Translations under genes and position numbers: made by a program
Shown here: in pieces, positions 36,201 through 45,747 of the stretch
How the letters are laid out: each line of letters starts with the position of its first letter
How positions within the stretch are numbered: position 1 is the stretch's first letter
Assembly (NCBI GenBank): GCA_044892525.1
Contig: CM097885.1
Location: 38,752,001 to 38,816,000 of the forward strand
Direction of reading: 5' to 3'
DNA: 64,000 nt
DNA from: Schmidtea polychroa
Lineage: Eukaryota
The notes under the pieces: model-generated
The model's database searches: none
What the model saw: only the letters and a program-made list of their open reading frames with translations
Told to the model about the DNA's origin: nothing

Positions 36201-37433
36201 GGTATAGATTTATCTGCGTCTTTATTGTCCACGTCGTTTTTGCCGCGCCTTTATTGGTGGAAACCGTTTTTTACATATTCCATTTCTTACTAATTTGCAA
36301 TTTTCACCAAAGGTCCAACATACATTTTTATAAATTTGTATTTGCCATAAAATATATTCAAAAATCTTATTCCTTTGGAGGTTTACTCAGATCAAGAATA
36401 CATTACGTATTGTAGGATATACAGAAATGAAACTTCTGAACGATTGATAGAAAACAGACATCATTTTTGATAGCTATGGTGTAATGGAAGAGAGTGATGA
36501 TTTTCAACTATGATAAAAATAACTCCAAAGAAACATCACTGACTTTCAGAAGTAATAGTAAGCCCAACCTGGGCTGCTCAAGGCTGTTTGAAGCTATGGA
36601 ACTATAAGTCTAATAATTTATAAATGCTGTACTGAGCTCAAATAGACCGAGTCGATCCATGTTATAGGAATTAGTCATTTATTTCAATAATCTGTAAATG
36701 TGTAATTCAATTATTATTATTATTATTATTATAGTTGTCATTTTTTGCGGCAACAAGTTTTCATAATTCTCATATTAATCACCTCTTCGGCTTCTTTATT
36801 ATTTGTTTAAATGAAACGTTATTTGATGTCCATAAACGTGAATGTCGATGTGAGTAATTTAACGGTTTCAATAAAATTTATTTAAATTGTAAACGAAATT
36901 AAGTAGATGGTGAGAAAGATAAAGATAAGAATTTGTTGATAAAAAGGAATATTAACTATTTACTAAAAATTATTTTATATGATTTCTATAAACTAGTATT
37001 TCTATTTTATTACATAGCCATTTATTTAAAAAATTTTAGATCTGCAAAGCTATTGGGTGGGGATGCAAAGAATTTAAAGGTCCCGTTACAAATGAGCCTT
37101 ATTTTACCCATTTCCCAGTTCTGAAGCCGTCATTTTGTAGAAAATTTTATAATGGGAATATTAATTTAACAGATCAACAGGAATTTTGTGCTGGAAATTT
37201 TAATAAAAACACAGGAATTTGTGCGGTAGATTTTAAATTACGATTTACTGATAAATTAAACATTTCTTTAGGGTGACAGTGGAGGCCCACTTTTGTGCAA
37301 GGAAAATGGTATGCCAGTTTTGGCGGGAATCGCAGAAGCAACGCATTCTGATTTCCCGAAGGATTATCCAGGAATTTATTCAAGAATCAGTTATTTCAAA
37401 AGTTGGATAAATGAAATTATGAAACATAATTAA
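18287..37433 (+). CDS. Host S1 (chymotrypsin-clan) serine protease. Exons 18287-18653, 18696-18747, 35739-35850, 35894-36024, 37040-37225, 37272-37433; 5' exon(s) uncertain
   Basis: RVKR/IIGG activation site, HCTGAVISDEWIITAAHC (His), WKARIG, IIRHPRYD, ENDIALLKL (Asp), CKAIGWG, EFCAG, GDSGGP (Ser), YPGIYSRISYFKSWI*. All introns are GT..AG and phase-compatible. Confidence 0.92.
20123..21063 (+). repeat. Left terminal inverted repeat of the Polinton
   Basis: Position x pairs with 55205-x with no net indel; near-perfect to 21043 (I noticed about 8 mismatches), fuzzy to ~21063. Confidence 0.95.
20967..21048 (-). ncRNA. tRNA-like Pol III unit in left TIR (copy of 34157-34238)
   Basis: Minus strand: A box TAGCGCAGTGGG, B box GGTTCAAATCC, followed by T8. 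Confidence 0.55.
21161..25475 (+). pseudogene. Polinton protein-primed DNA polymerase B with N-terminal zinc fingers; 4 frameshifts (~21810, ~24260, ~24930, ~25330) and an in-frame TGA (22618)
   Basis: CNICNK..HLKSKAH; NKCFVWSILA; YGDFES; DHDHL..YRGAAHKNCNL; FHNLFGYD; FIDSLNF; KGIYPYDY; YLSLDV; YIDATALYS (motif A); KLLNNSVFGK (B); MDTDS (C); CKGI; DDKR. Confidence 0.95.
25571..26164 (-). CDS. Polinton membrane-associated protein, 197 aa (resembles the family called GasderminX in adintoviruses)
   Basis: Intact ORF; hydrophobic hairpin VLKVIGYSLGFASAILTVILPITLPVLTLAPVILGSISV, then KKK and KALEDGILTDDE. Family name is from recollection. Confidence 0.6.
   Translation of the reverse strand: MEEVREEKVYPELSSGYYSPKPSGPSTPTELEIMRVKEFKSETLHLQDLLKHYKKIKNRWNKGNTVLKVIGYSLGFASAILTVILPITLPVLTLAPVILGSISVADGFLTEIVSLSYTSKKKSLYREVCLSIELGISKLFLFQLKALEDGILTDDEIMKSNQIIQDIKNNINRLKSANVITNEYSKKIKREKWLKNS
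26209..27150 (-). CDS. Putative fibre/spike-like protein, 313 aa
   Basis: GDSMKGDLNLNGHKIKDLSLPIDEGDAANKNYTD (tail-fibre / trimeric neck-like motif), long heptad coiled coil, beta-rich C-terminal domain; adjacent to the penton gene. Confidence 0.6.
   Translation of the reverse strand: MSSYIPCNRGGGTIKTGFNTEEILTLTENKYINERGDSMKGDLNLNGHKIKDLSLPIDEGDAANKNYTDLTTTRIESSLTTKIDSMESKLNNIEQRFNDKFDKLQSLLTEQVVKLNTSILNSKDKQIMNTKFNTIYNIINEMITSFNKRLSNLESHTTHINTTHSIRKRAAELEQNKTLLPHTYKHFIEPTLITTNSKEWSVFMVVKIIDPYFFLFDDDNERMKWFVKCDYNSKFEKGDVKISGYDLTHGYWHDKTDSHKTHKVKSKNIIFKSTLVQYIDLIFYEKKVDVDEVRKALMELYKDILSTRVSYDI
27175..27891 (-). CDS. Minor capsid protein (penton, single jelly roll; Polinton PX)
   Basis: PGAYEIKDLN, LGF, INIHCDCITGSYNNGKQSNILYSF, GYKIVE..P.YLPL, ILNQEGELIDFNGEEISMYLHLK. 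Confidence 0.85.
   Translation of the reverse strand: MVNIMSDKYSRTLPINSKESDFTINFEDSIKLDQNLNYELGLLWFCAYNTIFNITKDINTFSYVSPPKTEYNIIIIEPGAYEIKDLNNILSKKTNGAIEIKIDLPTSKCIMTLKNIGLRFQNNSFFRTILGFTQNHYTTPEVTSENIIKIINTNTINIHCDCITGSYNNGKQSNILYSFPSNTVPMGYKIVERMNPPNYLPLCRKYIMDINFKILNQEGELIDFNGEEISMYLHLKQV
27915..28399 (-). pseudogene. Adenain-like cysteine maturation protease, frameshifted at ~28090
   Basis: IINYQNSNEKGSHWVC (His), YFDSFG (Asp); the alternate frame supplies NSLQVQPNNTKICG (Gln, Cys) and ends at TAA 27915-27917. Confidence 0.9.
28396..29241 (-). CDS. Conserved Polinton hypothetical protein, 281 aa
   Basis: Intact ORF; C-terminal EGKG..LRKLLAAKKAGHNN..L.K.G.I pattern typical of Polinton accessory/core proteins; its TGA overlaps the protease ATG (ATGA). 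Confidence 0.7.
   Translation of the reverse strand: MVYEERLALLKKLQSEQDKYNKKDTTQHAESIILNEVITQQQGPTIKAIEGLKTIEAPLTPELKAIEPSKKELSRLMGLRKRRNTIDLEEDEFLSRLTPLKTPVNFKINTSLAKSIIPTIGYDPRGFQTITINNQKFYIYLNSKNNPAIISTNTFMNRERVDIELSDGFHGLISGYLPDDVKKEEIDKYLNLIKLIHGSSKAKHIQDLKNYLNKNERGYVVTEGKGMPVAANPINLFIELRKLLAAKKAGHNNLDSDILKISKDLLKQGIISKDKFNEYIK
29264..29875 (-). pseudogene. Adenovirus pX/mu-like core protein precursor; 1-nt frameshift at ~29815
   Basis: ATG 29875 MTSKSSSTEESLQELINSIK / KSVVIDGKKYF..KEGGILPLAALMPAIIAGLSGAAGIAGGIA, then three GKGLYL repeats. GGILPL plus a hydrophobic stretch resembles adenovirus pX. Confidence 0.7.
29891..30694 (+). CDS. A32/FtsK-like genome packaging ATPase
   Basis: Walker A GSSGCGKN, Walker B LVIFDD, FTRGRHNNCNVIYISQ, SIRNN. 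Likely start is ATG 29891 in AAAATG context. Confidence 0.93.
   Translation: MDVRSPIIWKPILNRHKSKFNNKVFPDNFRLLIVGSSGCGKNVLVLKMLLEDGFLDYNNLIFYSTTINQPELQLLKCGFENKLTKNAIIDIFKNQHRCPEEVFQPCDMVDWYKEKILESNISNKNDYICEEGQGIQVLFSNKPEDVLHCDLLPKDKKNLVIFDDVVNMKNQEIQKSYFTRGRHNNCNVIYISQTYYALDKNSIRNNSNCFIFFKLDRRDKNMIYNDLFSNVEPDKNMFDMFVDNHWKEKYNYIYLDREEAEIWKSLF
30691..32067 (-). pseudogene. Zinc finger-phospholipase A2-retroviral-type integrase fusion ORF (458 codons, two in-frame stops)
   Basis: The three listed ORFs share one frame: CESC..HLKTKKH; NYTGPGT..NRIDQAALKHDIAY..RHVAD (parvovirus VP1u-type PLA2); ANELH..DQT*SADL (D), WCDKGTEF (D), ENDI*LYST..VERLNRTLK (E), KFKIGDRVRI..GRFYNNELQK. Confidence 0.92.
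32085..33371 (-). CDS. Major capsid protein (double jelly roll; Polinton PY / hexon-like), 428 aa
   Basis: Intact ORF; NLFSNMRLKLG..IE, LKHLFGF, ISTLELHIP, RPRYILIGF, NNNLF, QLNSSYYP, FKNLYSIFCINVS; size and position fit. Confidence 0.88.
   Translation of the reverse strand: MNNIKIQEKNKLNLDYNKEFTHEIKKNDVLKISPTSGSIANLNRRGDIVFQSLQTSNPIDICNAKLYYKIELEIEANKDITLENNFFPNLFSNMRLKLGSSEIETVLHPGVYSTMLNFILTGCDYKNEYGELTGWIPDVNKGDLDKDGLDINYGYYKRAELYKSKKFEGYFELKHLFGFLQNYNRILHNVFIELVCNRVEGDKRLFYGDKDTTAKLKISTLELHIPEWTLNPHSEIKLLERLNSNKSINVNYLNRICSEFSMTEGSTYSIKVANLAYRPRYILIGFKEVDSSFQKNNNLFIQKIGVDNLKTIQIQLNSSYYPINRMEFNIENNENIFPYLNYIETCYDFKVEPQLSLEDFKNLYSIFCINVSDQDDRLAINNVDVTLHVTKDSNFKAKVYTLILEEKKIEMKLYGGKISIIENVRGDS
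33428..33510 (+). ncRNA. tRNA-like Pol III unit 1 (degenerate, Asp/Glu-like)
   Basis: A box TAGCGGAGTGGG; tcaccgggagtaccgggttcaatt resembles the tRNA-Asp variable/T arm; degenerate B box GGTTCAATTTTC; ends ggtcaa followed by T7. Confidence 0.45.
33672..33752 (+). ncRNA. tRNA-like Pol III unit 2 (Cys-like), not a canonical cloverleaf
   Basis: D arm GCT-TAGTGGTAAT-AGC, GACTGCA at the anticodon position, perfect T arm ATGGG-TTCAAAT-CCCAT, then ggtca and T8. Anticodon and acceptor stems pair poorly. Confidence 0.65.
33910..34179 (+). CDS. Small charged coiled-coil protein, 89 aa; 3' end runs into the right TIR
   Basis: Intact ORF, AAAAATG start context, heptad pattern; upstream motif shared with pPolB. 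Confidence 0.65.
   Translation: MDELKERMRNELNEVKHKRMKRREEEPLEYIKELMVDNEKYRHFYMKAVDVADIRLKKMKQLQERVKELESIIYSLKNDKNPNLDSAVG
34142..35082 (-). repeat. Right terminal inverted repeat of the Polinton
   Basis: Reverse complement of 20123-21063. Confidence 0.95.
34157..34238 (+). ncRNA. tRNA-like Pol III unit 3, at the inner edge of the right TIR
   Basis: A box TAGCGCAGTAGG (34164), B box GGTTCAAATCC (34207), T8 at 34231-34238. Confidence 0.55.
36052..36266. mobile_element. Small foldback MITE (Mutator-like) in a protease intron
   Basis: cggtttaccccaataaagg..gcgcagataaa / tttatctgcg..cctttattggtggaaaccg, flanked by ttttta-type direct repeats. Confidence 0.7.
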
Positions 37434-38227
37434 TGTTGACAAACAAAGTTTTGTAGAAAATTATAAAAAACAATATTTCAATATTTGATAAAATTACTTC
37501 ATTTTTATCGAAGTTCAATTGTGAACTAAAAATTTCAAAAACTACTATAATTTTTATTTGCAGCCCTATCTTTATTAATAATGTCAAAATGTGAAAATTT
37601 GTTTGGAAAACGTCTAGTATTATATAGGGATAGATTCAAACTTATTCTTTATTTATTATAAATAATTTTAATCATCTTATTATTACAAATTAATTTCAAT
37701 ATTGGGCTATATACAATATTTTTAGTCTTTTGTTGGTCATTATTATTGTTGAGCGATCCTTCTTCTCGACATCTCCACATACTGCTTTCCATAAGAAATA
37801 CACTCATCTATCGAATCCGATTCTGACTTTGAGGAAAAAAAGTAGTTGAAAGTTGAAAATAGTACATTTGACCTAGAAATGGTAGCCATGTCATTAATGT
37901 TTACTATTTGGAAGTTCTTTTCGCAAACAGCCGCTGTTTTATAATATAGATATAAATAATTAGAATTAATAGCAAAGTTTCAAAGCAAAATAAAAGTTTT
38001 GAAGAAAATAAGGCAGCTTTGTACACCTTTGTATTCGTTGCTATATTTAATTTATTGATTTATTATGATCAAACAATAAAAATAAATAAATTATAAGATA
38101 AGATTTTATTTAACGACGCAAGTAAAATTCTTTTTGTAACAATTTCTGTTTGAATTTTATCACAAAATTACTTTACGTGGCCGTGTTCAAAACAATAAGA
38201 CCTAACACAATTTAGTTTTATTTTTAA

Positions 38228-38547
38228 GCACTTGCGCTATGATTTAATTTTCGGTAGCTGAGCCGCGCTCTACTATATAAAGTATCGTTTTTTAGCATTA
38301 TAATAAAATAAAAACTGCTAACTGCAAATCACAAGCATTTCCTTGAAAAAAATCAGTACAACATACCTTATCGATTTAGAAATATTCCTTATATCGATAA
38401 TTCTACGCGATGTGAACTAATTTTATAATTGCAGTTCGAAACCGACAAAATAATTGCGACAAATACTATCGACGTGGTATACACGTCACTTGCAGTTCTG
38501 AAAAAAATCATCAAGACGTGCCTGGCACGTCAATATAGCGCAAGTGG
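38228..38547. mobile_element. piggyBac-like MITE
   Basis: TTAA|gcacttgcgctat ... atagcgcaagtgg|TTAA. Confidence 0.7.
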
Positions 38548-38944
38548 TTAAAATTAAAATTCACTTCTTTAGTTCAAAAAACAAAATATACATTTTTTGT
38601 TCATTTTAATAAACTATTTTCGTTTGCTTCTACAGTATAATTCGGTAGGAGTACCACAACAAACTATATTTCAATACAAAATACTTGTAAATCTGAAAGC
38701 AAACAAAGTACATTTGAAGTTAATCTACAGAACAATTTTTTTTTGAAATTTTTGCAATTAATCATTTCGTATTGAAAAAAAAAATCAATTCAAAAAAATT
38801 CAAAAACTGCAGTGAAAAAGGAATATTCAAGAAAGAGAGCATTGTGTTTGAGCTGTGAGTTATTTTACATCTACTACAAAATCGTGTACCACAAAACACA
38901 TTTGAACATGTACTACAAAACAGATATAAATGACATTTAAACAT

Positions 38945-39232
38945 GATACAAATACAAGATACCAATATAACAAGATAGGGAATACTGTATAGCAGCCAAC
39001 GTCACTCCTCACAAAATACTATCCAATAGCGACGTGTGCAGAACAATACCAAAATGAAACTTGTGAATATGTCGTAGGCAAATGGTAATTTTAAGAAAAT
39101 AACATTTGGCTAGGCGAATGCCATTTGCCTGGTCAAATAGCTTTAGCTATTATTTCATTTCATGGTAATTTTAGGAAAATAACATTTTCAAGGTCATATT
39201 ATTATTTTAAAAAAATATTATTATTTTCTAAG

Positions 39233-39285
<53 letters not shown>

Positions 39286-39286
39286 G

Positions 39287-39359
<73 letters not shown>

Positions 39360-39583
39360 TCCTAGTCTATCCGACAAAATATTCTGTCCCCTATGGATAT
39401 TAGTCGTAAGGGTACTGGACGCACTCAACAACTCGCAAGGGTATTATTATGAAATAATAGCTAAAGCTATTTGATTGGGCAAATGGCATTTGCCTAGCCA
39501 AATGTTATTTTCCTAAAATTACCATTTGCCTACGACAAATACATATCTTGTACCATATCTTGTTATATTTGTATCTTTGTATC
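38945..39583. repeat. Inverted-repeat (foldback) structure around (TTA)n(TA)n microsatellites
   Basis: 39071-39158 pairs with 39449-39536; ~38945-38978 pairs with ~39554-39583; microsatellites at 39235-39358. Confidence 0.75.
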
Positions 39584-39828
39584 AACAGTAAAAATCTACC
39601 GCACAAATTCCTGTTTTTATTGAAATTTCCTGCATAAAATTCCTGTTGATCTGTTAAATTAATATACATATATAACGATGAATTATATTTGACATTTCAA
39701 TAAATATTCCTAACGAAGAGCTGCCGTTTTGCAAAACTTAAAATATATTTTAATTTATTTTCGATTTGATAAAATATTTTTTTATTAATATGTAATTAAA
39801 ATATAACCAGTATGATCTATTCAACAGA

Positions 39829-40960
39829 AATGCAAAAAAAAGAAAAGTCGATGCTGAACGGAGAATATTATCAGAAAAATGGACTACAATATTTTTTTAT
39901 CAGCTGTGGTGCCAAAGCTGTTTGTTTAATTTGTAATGACACTAGCTGTTTTTAAAGAATTTAATTTAAACAGACATTTTTCAACAAAGCCTGCTGATAA
40001 ATATGGTAAATTGTCAGAAAGTGAAAAAAGTGAAAAATCTATTGAATTATACAATAAATTTGAACAGCAACAACAAGTTTTAGTGGTCAAACAAAATTGA
40101 ATATTGCTGTAACGAAAACTAGCTATATAATTGCGAATAAAATTGAAAAGTATAGTAAGCCTTTCCAAGAAGGAGAATTTTTGAAGGATTTTTTGGTGGA
40201 AGCAGCAAATATTTTTTACCCAGAGAAAAAAAATTTGAAAATATTTCCATTTTAAGACGAACTATCTTAAGATGAAATAATGAAATTTCGGACAATTTAT
40301 TAACGCAGCTGCAAATCATTTACGTACATATCACTAGCACTAGATACACAGATATTTGATCGTGGAATCAACAGTAACTTTGATGTTTTAAAGGAGCTTG
40401 AGGGCCTGCAACCGATGAAAGGCACTACAACAGGTGAAGATCTGTTAGGTGAAGTTAATGACTGCTTTGAAAAAATAAGTTTATCTTGGGAAAATGTTGT
40501 CAATGTTACAATGGATGGGAGGCTGAATTTAACGCAAAAAAATGTTGGATTATTAAAAAAAATAAATGATCAATTTTAAGCAGCAAACCCCGATTAATTA
40601 TATTTGCGGTCGTGCTTTAAATCATCGTTACTTTGTATCATTGATGGAGGATATTGAAGCTGAGCACATTGAGCATATTGAGCATATTCCATATTATGTA
40701 GCCGTACGGTGGTTGAGTTCGTCGAAAGTTCTAAGAAGAGTTTGGGAATTAAAAGATCAAATAATTTTGTTTTTGGAAATGTAAGACAATAATTGTTTTC
40801 CTGAATTAAAATGTGATCAGTGGTTATATGATTTCACCTTTTCTATTGATTTATTGGAGCATTTGGACGTCCTTTATATTAAACTTCAAGGAAAAGGTTT
40901 ATTTATAGATGAAATTTATGACCATGTAAATTCATTTCGGACAAAGTTGTTGTTTAAACA
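39829..40960 (+). mobile_element. hAT (SPIN/GTF2IRD2-like) transposase relic
   Basis: KKRKVDAERR..EKW, KAVCLICN..AVFKEFNLNRHF, PMKGTTTGEDL, VRWLSSSKVLRRVWELK, LQGKG. Many lesions. Confidence 0.85.
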
Positions 40961-42432
40961 GAATTTTAGTAATTCTCTTCTGTTTCTATTTAGTAAAGTA
41001 ATAAATAGTGTTTTGAAAGGTTCATTGTCTTTTGAAATGTCGTATATTTTATCAACTATTTCGGCTAGGGTGTTGCTTGGTAGTGCAACTATTTTGTGTA
41101 AGCATAATATTTTTGAAGATTTATTGCCGATAAAATTAGGGTTAGTTTAATAAACTCTAACCATTGTTGTGGCCTTCTGTTTTCATTTGTCAAAGAATTT
41201 CTGTTTGTTTTAGGGTTTAGAAATGGATTTATTGTGTGTCTCATCGGGTTGAAAAAGTAATTTGTGTTCTTAATTTTATTGTTTGAAGTAGGTAGTTAAT
41301 GGCTCCCACACTATAATCACCCTCGCCATTGTATTGGAACTTTGGAATGTCAATCTGAGGCTAGAGCAGTATGCTATTGTGGCTATATCAATATGAAGAA
41401 TGCACTATAGTGAGGGGGATAGATGAAATTTTAATAAGAGCACACACATAATTTAATGCCGGCTTTATCAAACCCGAAATATCCAGAGAAAATTTCAATC
41501 TTTTCACTGAAGAACTATCTTTCCCTATTCCACGTCCACTTTAAATCAATTGCATGTTAACATAGATACAGGCACCAGAATCAATTTTCTACTTAATCCG
41601 ATAAATTATCAATGAACGCAAGTTTTCTATATCAATTCTGTAAGGGACCCTTATAAATAACTAAAAATTGCCACGATGATCCAATTGCAAATGTAACGGC
41701 TCACACTCAACTACCCAGCATTTAGAGATATTGCGAGCAAGTAATTATTTTATTATTGTTGAGTGTGACCAGTACCCTTGCAACCAGTGCCCATAGGGGG
41801 ACAAAACATCTTGTCGGATATATCTTGCTTAGTTGTACCGCGCGCTACGGTTCTGTGTTCTCAATCGTCGGTGCACAATAGTCTGCGCGCAAAAGTTGGT
41901 GCACCCAATAATGCAGTGATATAGCAAAAATGTCGATGATTTGAAGCAGCCTTTGGAAGAGCCACTAAGTATTTGAATAAACATCAACCAATTTGGTTTA
42001 CTCTTCAGCAACCACATTAGGTATACAGAAAGATGCCTCGCCAAGAGCGCACCATATACATTCTATTCAAGGTAAACCCAAGCTCAGCGATTAATCATCA
42101 GCGAACATGACGATAAATGCGGCGGAACTGAGACGCCGCATCAAAAATCTTAACATGAACGAGCAGAGTTCCATCATACCCATCCATCATTTTTCGGAAC
42201 ACCCAAACTTGAAACTACAGATATCGATTCCTTCTAAGACTAAAATTAAACCCCAAAAAGGAGAATAGACAAAGAAAATGACGATTAGAACAAGAACTGT
42301 AGAACCAAAACCCTCGCGACATCTTAAAGGAATTACTAAAATCATCAAAAACAAGCATTTTTGATATGAATGTCGACAGCTGAACTAAATGTGTTGGTTT
42401 ATATTTTGTTGCTATCCATTAAATGTATAAAT

Positions 42433-42845
42433 TAGTGTTGTCCAAACTGTGTGCCGTGGTAGGTGCCCAGGTGTGCCGTCAAATTTTTTAAAAAAAAGTC
42501 ATAAAAACCCTGTTTGTCCAAACAACTTAATAAAAGGAAATTGAATTGTGGATATTTTAACAGTTATTTCAAATTTAAATGTTAATCAGTCAATTAAGTG
42601 CGAAATTTATTTGTTTACAACAGTGTTGTCCAAACTGTGTACCTTCTGTCATTCACTAATTTTTCTAAATTTAAAATTTTTTACATTAAATTTATTTCAA
42701 GTAAATAAGTTTTTCATTTCTTATTAAAAGATTAGTAAAAGTGCAATAAAAAATTGCAAATAAAGCAAAAAAAAAATTAAGTATGCCGCGAACATTTTTA
42801 ATTCAGCCAAGTGTGCCGTGGCTCAAAAAAGTTTGGAAAACACTG
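42433..42845. mobile_element. hAT (Buster-type) MITE; duplicate at 55228-55640
   Basis: TSD GTATAAAT on both sides; tagtgttgtccaaact / agtttggaaaacactg; shares the aactgtgtgccgt subterminal with the 13206 element. Confidence 0.88.
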
Positions 42846-43559
42846 GTATAAATGTAGGATTAGTTGTGTCATTTAACTTATGAATTTCCTAATTAAAAAA
42901 CCATTTATGTATAATTAATTTAACTCTTAAGATCAACTGAAATATTTGATAAAGAAGATTCATATTCATCTATATGAAACACATTATGAAAATGAAAACA
43001 GAAAAAATATCTATTAAATGCTGCACTAATTCATTTCATTTAGTGTTAATTATTTATCCAATTATCCAACTCCACAAATGATCATAATAATTGAATCAAG
43101 TTCCAAAGTTCTGAATAATATCCCTGATATTCTGTTTGCAAATTAATTTTTAATTTCTGGAAATTTCATGGGAAATTACATAGATTACTGCTTTTATTGT
43201 GTTCTTTATTGTATGCTTTTATTGCTTTTACATTGTGTAGAGTTATCAAAATGTTTTCCTGATCTTGGCATCCCCCTGGTTTCATTGAAAATATAATGGT
43301 AATTAACATTTTATGTATCTTCTGTAAATTATATTTTGCTAATGGTTGAGGCTCTTCATCTGTTCAAAAATGTAATTATTGATACAAAATTCTGTAACTT
43401 TGACTGGTTGTCAAAAATGTCAAATTGGAATTGAAGTTTTTTTGAGTTTCTCAAGATTTCTATAAGATTGAGATTATACAGCAGTTTTGCGTGGTCTTTA
43501 ATAAATAGTAACATATTAATCAAATGAAATGGAAAAATTAATTATCAAATTAATGAAAT

Positions 43560-45040
43560 GAAAAATTTCTGAACATCATATTTTGGATAGAAGAGCATTT
43601 CGTGAACTTCTGGAATTTGCTATTTCAAAAATCAATTTTCTTTTCAATAATGAATGGTATCAACAAATCGATAGAGTTGCTATGGGTTCTCCTTTAGCAC
43701 CAACGATGGCTTCAATTTTTTCAGTAAGCTTAGAAAATAAAATTACATCTTTCCAATGTATGAAAACCACTGTTTATAAACGGTATGTGGATGATATTTT
43801 TATATTTGAAAATCAGAGGCATGTTGATCCAATTTTGCATTATATGAATAGTCTACATAAAAACATTGTATTCACTTGTGAAACGGAGAAAAATCATCAC
43901 TTGCTTTCTTGGATCTATTAATAAAACGCTATGATAGAAACACTATGAGACAGAGATTTATAGAAAACCAGCTTATACTGGTCTCTACTTCATTCGAATT
44001 TTTTTTATGAATTCAAGTATAAAAGAAATATGGTCAAGGGGTTGATTTATCGTTCGTGGCCTTTGTCTTCTACTTTTGAAAATTCAGTAAAGTCTTGACA
44101 AATTGATAGAATTGTTAATGAAGAACGGTTATTCAAAATCATTTTTATTAATTATGGTAAAAAAAGACAGTTGACAAATTTATTTAAAATCCTAGGGATC
44201 CATGTTTGAGAAAATCTGGGTGAGATGTTGTTGAGGCGTGTGAGTTTGATGAGTAAAAAAATTAAATAGTGTGAGCAATGATGGTGAGCCTAAATTTGTG
44301 TTAACATTGCCGTACTCAGAAGGTTTTAAGGATTATAAAGTGAAGATAAGAAAGCAGTTAGGTAATTTAAACTATAGGATAGTGTCAATTTTATGGAAAG
44401 TACTCAATATGTTTATTAAAAAGTCTAAAACTCCGGTCGAATTGTGTTCCGATCTCGTTTATCAGTTTACGTATAATGGGTGTAATGCCACATACATTGG
44501 AGAGACTTCCCGTCATCTCTATATTCGAGCTCGAGAACATTATAGACAGAAGACTTTGACCCATATTAGTGAACACATTAACGGCTGTAAGAGTTAAATA
44601 GGTATGTCTGATTTTAAAATTTGATTAAAAAATTTCGATAATTATTGGGATCGTGTAATTTGTTCGGCGATATTGATAGTCATTGAATCCAAAAATTATT
44701 ATGCTGAATGCAGTGAATACTTTTAAATAATTTTTTTAATATTGTATGTATTGATGTTTGTTAAATTAATTAATTAATAAAAAAATTTAAATTATTAAAA
44801 TAAATTGTTAAAAATTTTTTTTTAATAATATATAATATTATGTAATGTTAATTATGATTTATAAAATATGAAATGTTTTTATTAAATAATAAAAATTTTA
44901 TATAATTAATAAATTTGTTTAAAATCCTTAATTTATAGTTTTTATATTCCACCTGATGATGACAGGAAAACTGTAGAAATAAATCGTGAAAAGAATGTTT
45001 AATTGGCGTTTTCTTATATTTAAATCATTGCCATGTATGT
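43560..45040 (+). mobile_element. Penelope-like retroelement, 5'-truncated (RT plus GIY-YIG), degraded
   Basis: YQQIDRVAMGSPLAPTMASIF, YKRYVDDIF, FTCETE; LVYQF..CNATYIGETSRHL..RAREH; hammerhead motif in the 3' end. Confidence 0.92.
44950..44988 (+). ncRNA. Minimal type I hammerhead ribozyme motif of the Penelope pLTR (duplicate at 57745-57783)
   Basis: cac-CTGATGA-t-gacag-gaaaa-ctgta-GAAA-taa-ATC-gtg; one stem II mismatch next to GAAA. Confidence 0.6.
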
Positions 45041-45747
45041 GTAAATACTTATATTAATCAAAAGTAAATTTTATTTTCTCGACAAAGTTTGTGTATCTTG
45101 ACAATTGACAAATGCTTCAATCGTACCAGTTAGTAATTTCTCGGTTAATTTGGTTAAGATAAACTCTGTCAATCTGCTTGCTAGTAAATGCTTCAAACCC
45201 ATACACTCGCGCGTAAACACTTAATTTTCTACAGACTCTGTTACTGAAATAATTAAAATTTTCGTTGTGCTTATGCAATCTGCACTGTTTGTTTGTCGAA
45301 TAGAAATGATTTATAAAATTTTTAATTATTTTTTATTTTTATAATTACATGTTTTTTGGGACCCACGATAATTTCAAATTATTAGATTTGTTGTCAACTT
45401 TTAAGTTGTTACCTGTTTCCAATGTTCCCAGAACAATACAGATTTTACATTATATAATTCTTTATCTAATCTTCAATGTAATTTTCTGTAATTTTTTTAT
45501 AACGTCTAAATCCAGATCCTCATTTATAAAATACCCTGTAAATCATTAATCAATATTTGCACAATTTATATAATTTTTATTGATTGTTTTAATAGATTTT
45601 TCTTTGATAATACCTTTTCATTTTGTTGCCAATAAATAAAGAAATATTCATTCTATAAAATGAAATCAAAATTTATGCCGCCCATCAACAGAAAATATCT
45701 TATCACAAAATCCGAAAACAGAAACAACAAAAATAGCGAAATATATT

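Noticed and set aside
40960..42360. Possible non-LTR retroelement relic (a ~70-bp piece resembles 39360-39430)
   Set aside because: Repeat nature is likely, but no RT or endonuclease motif was seen, so it is left unclassified.
43020..45700. Minus-strand exon-like segments downstream of COQ4, interrupted by Penelope
   Set aside because: Some splice-like sites and coding-like composition, but stops in every frame I tried and no recognisable family.
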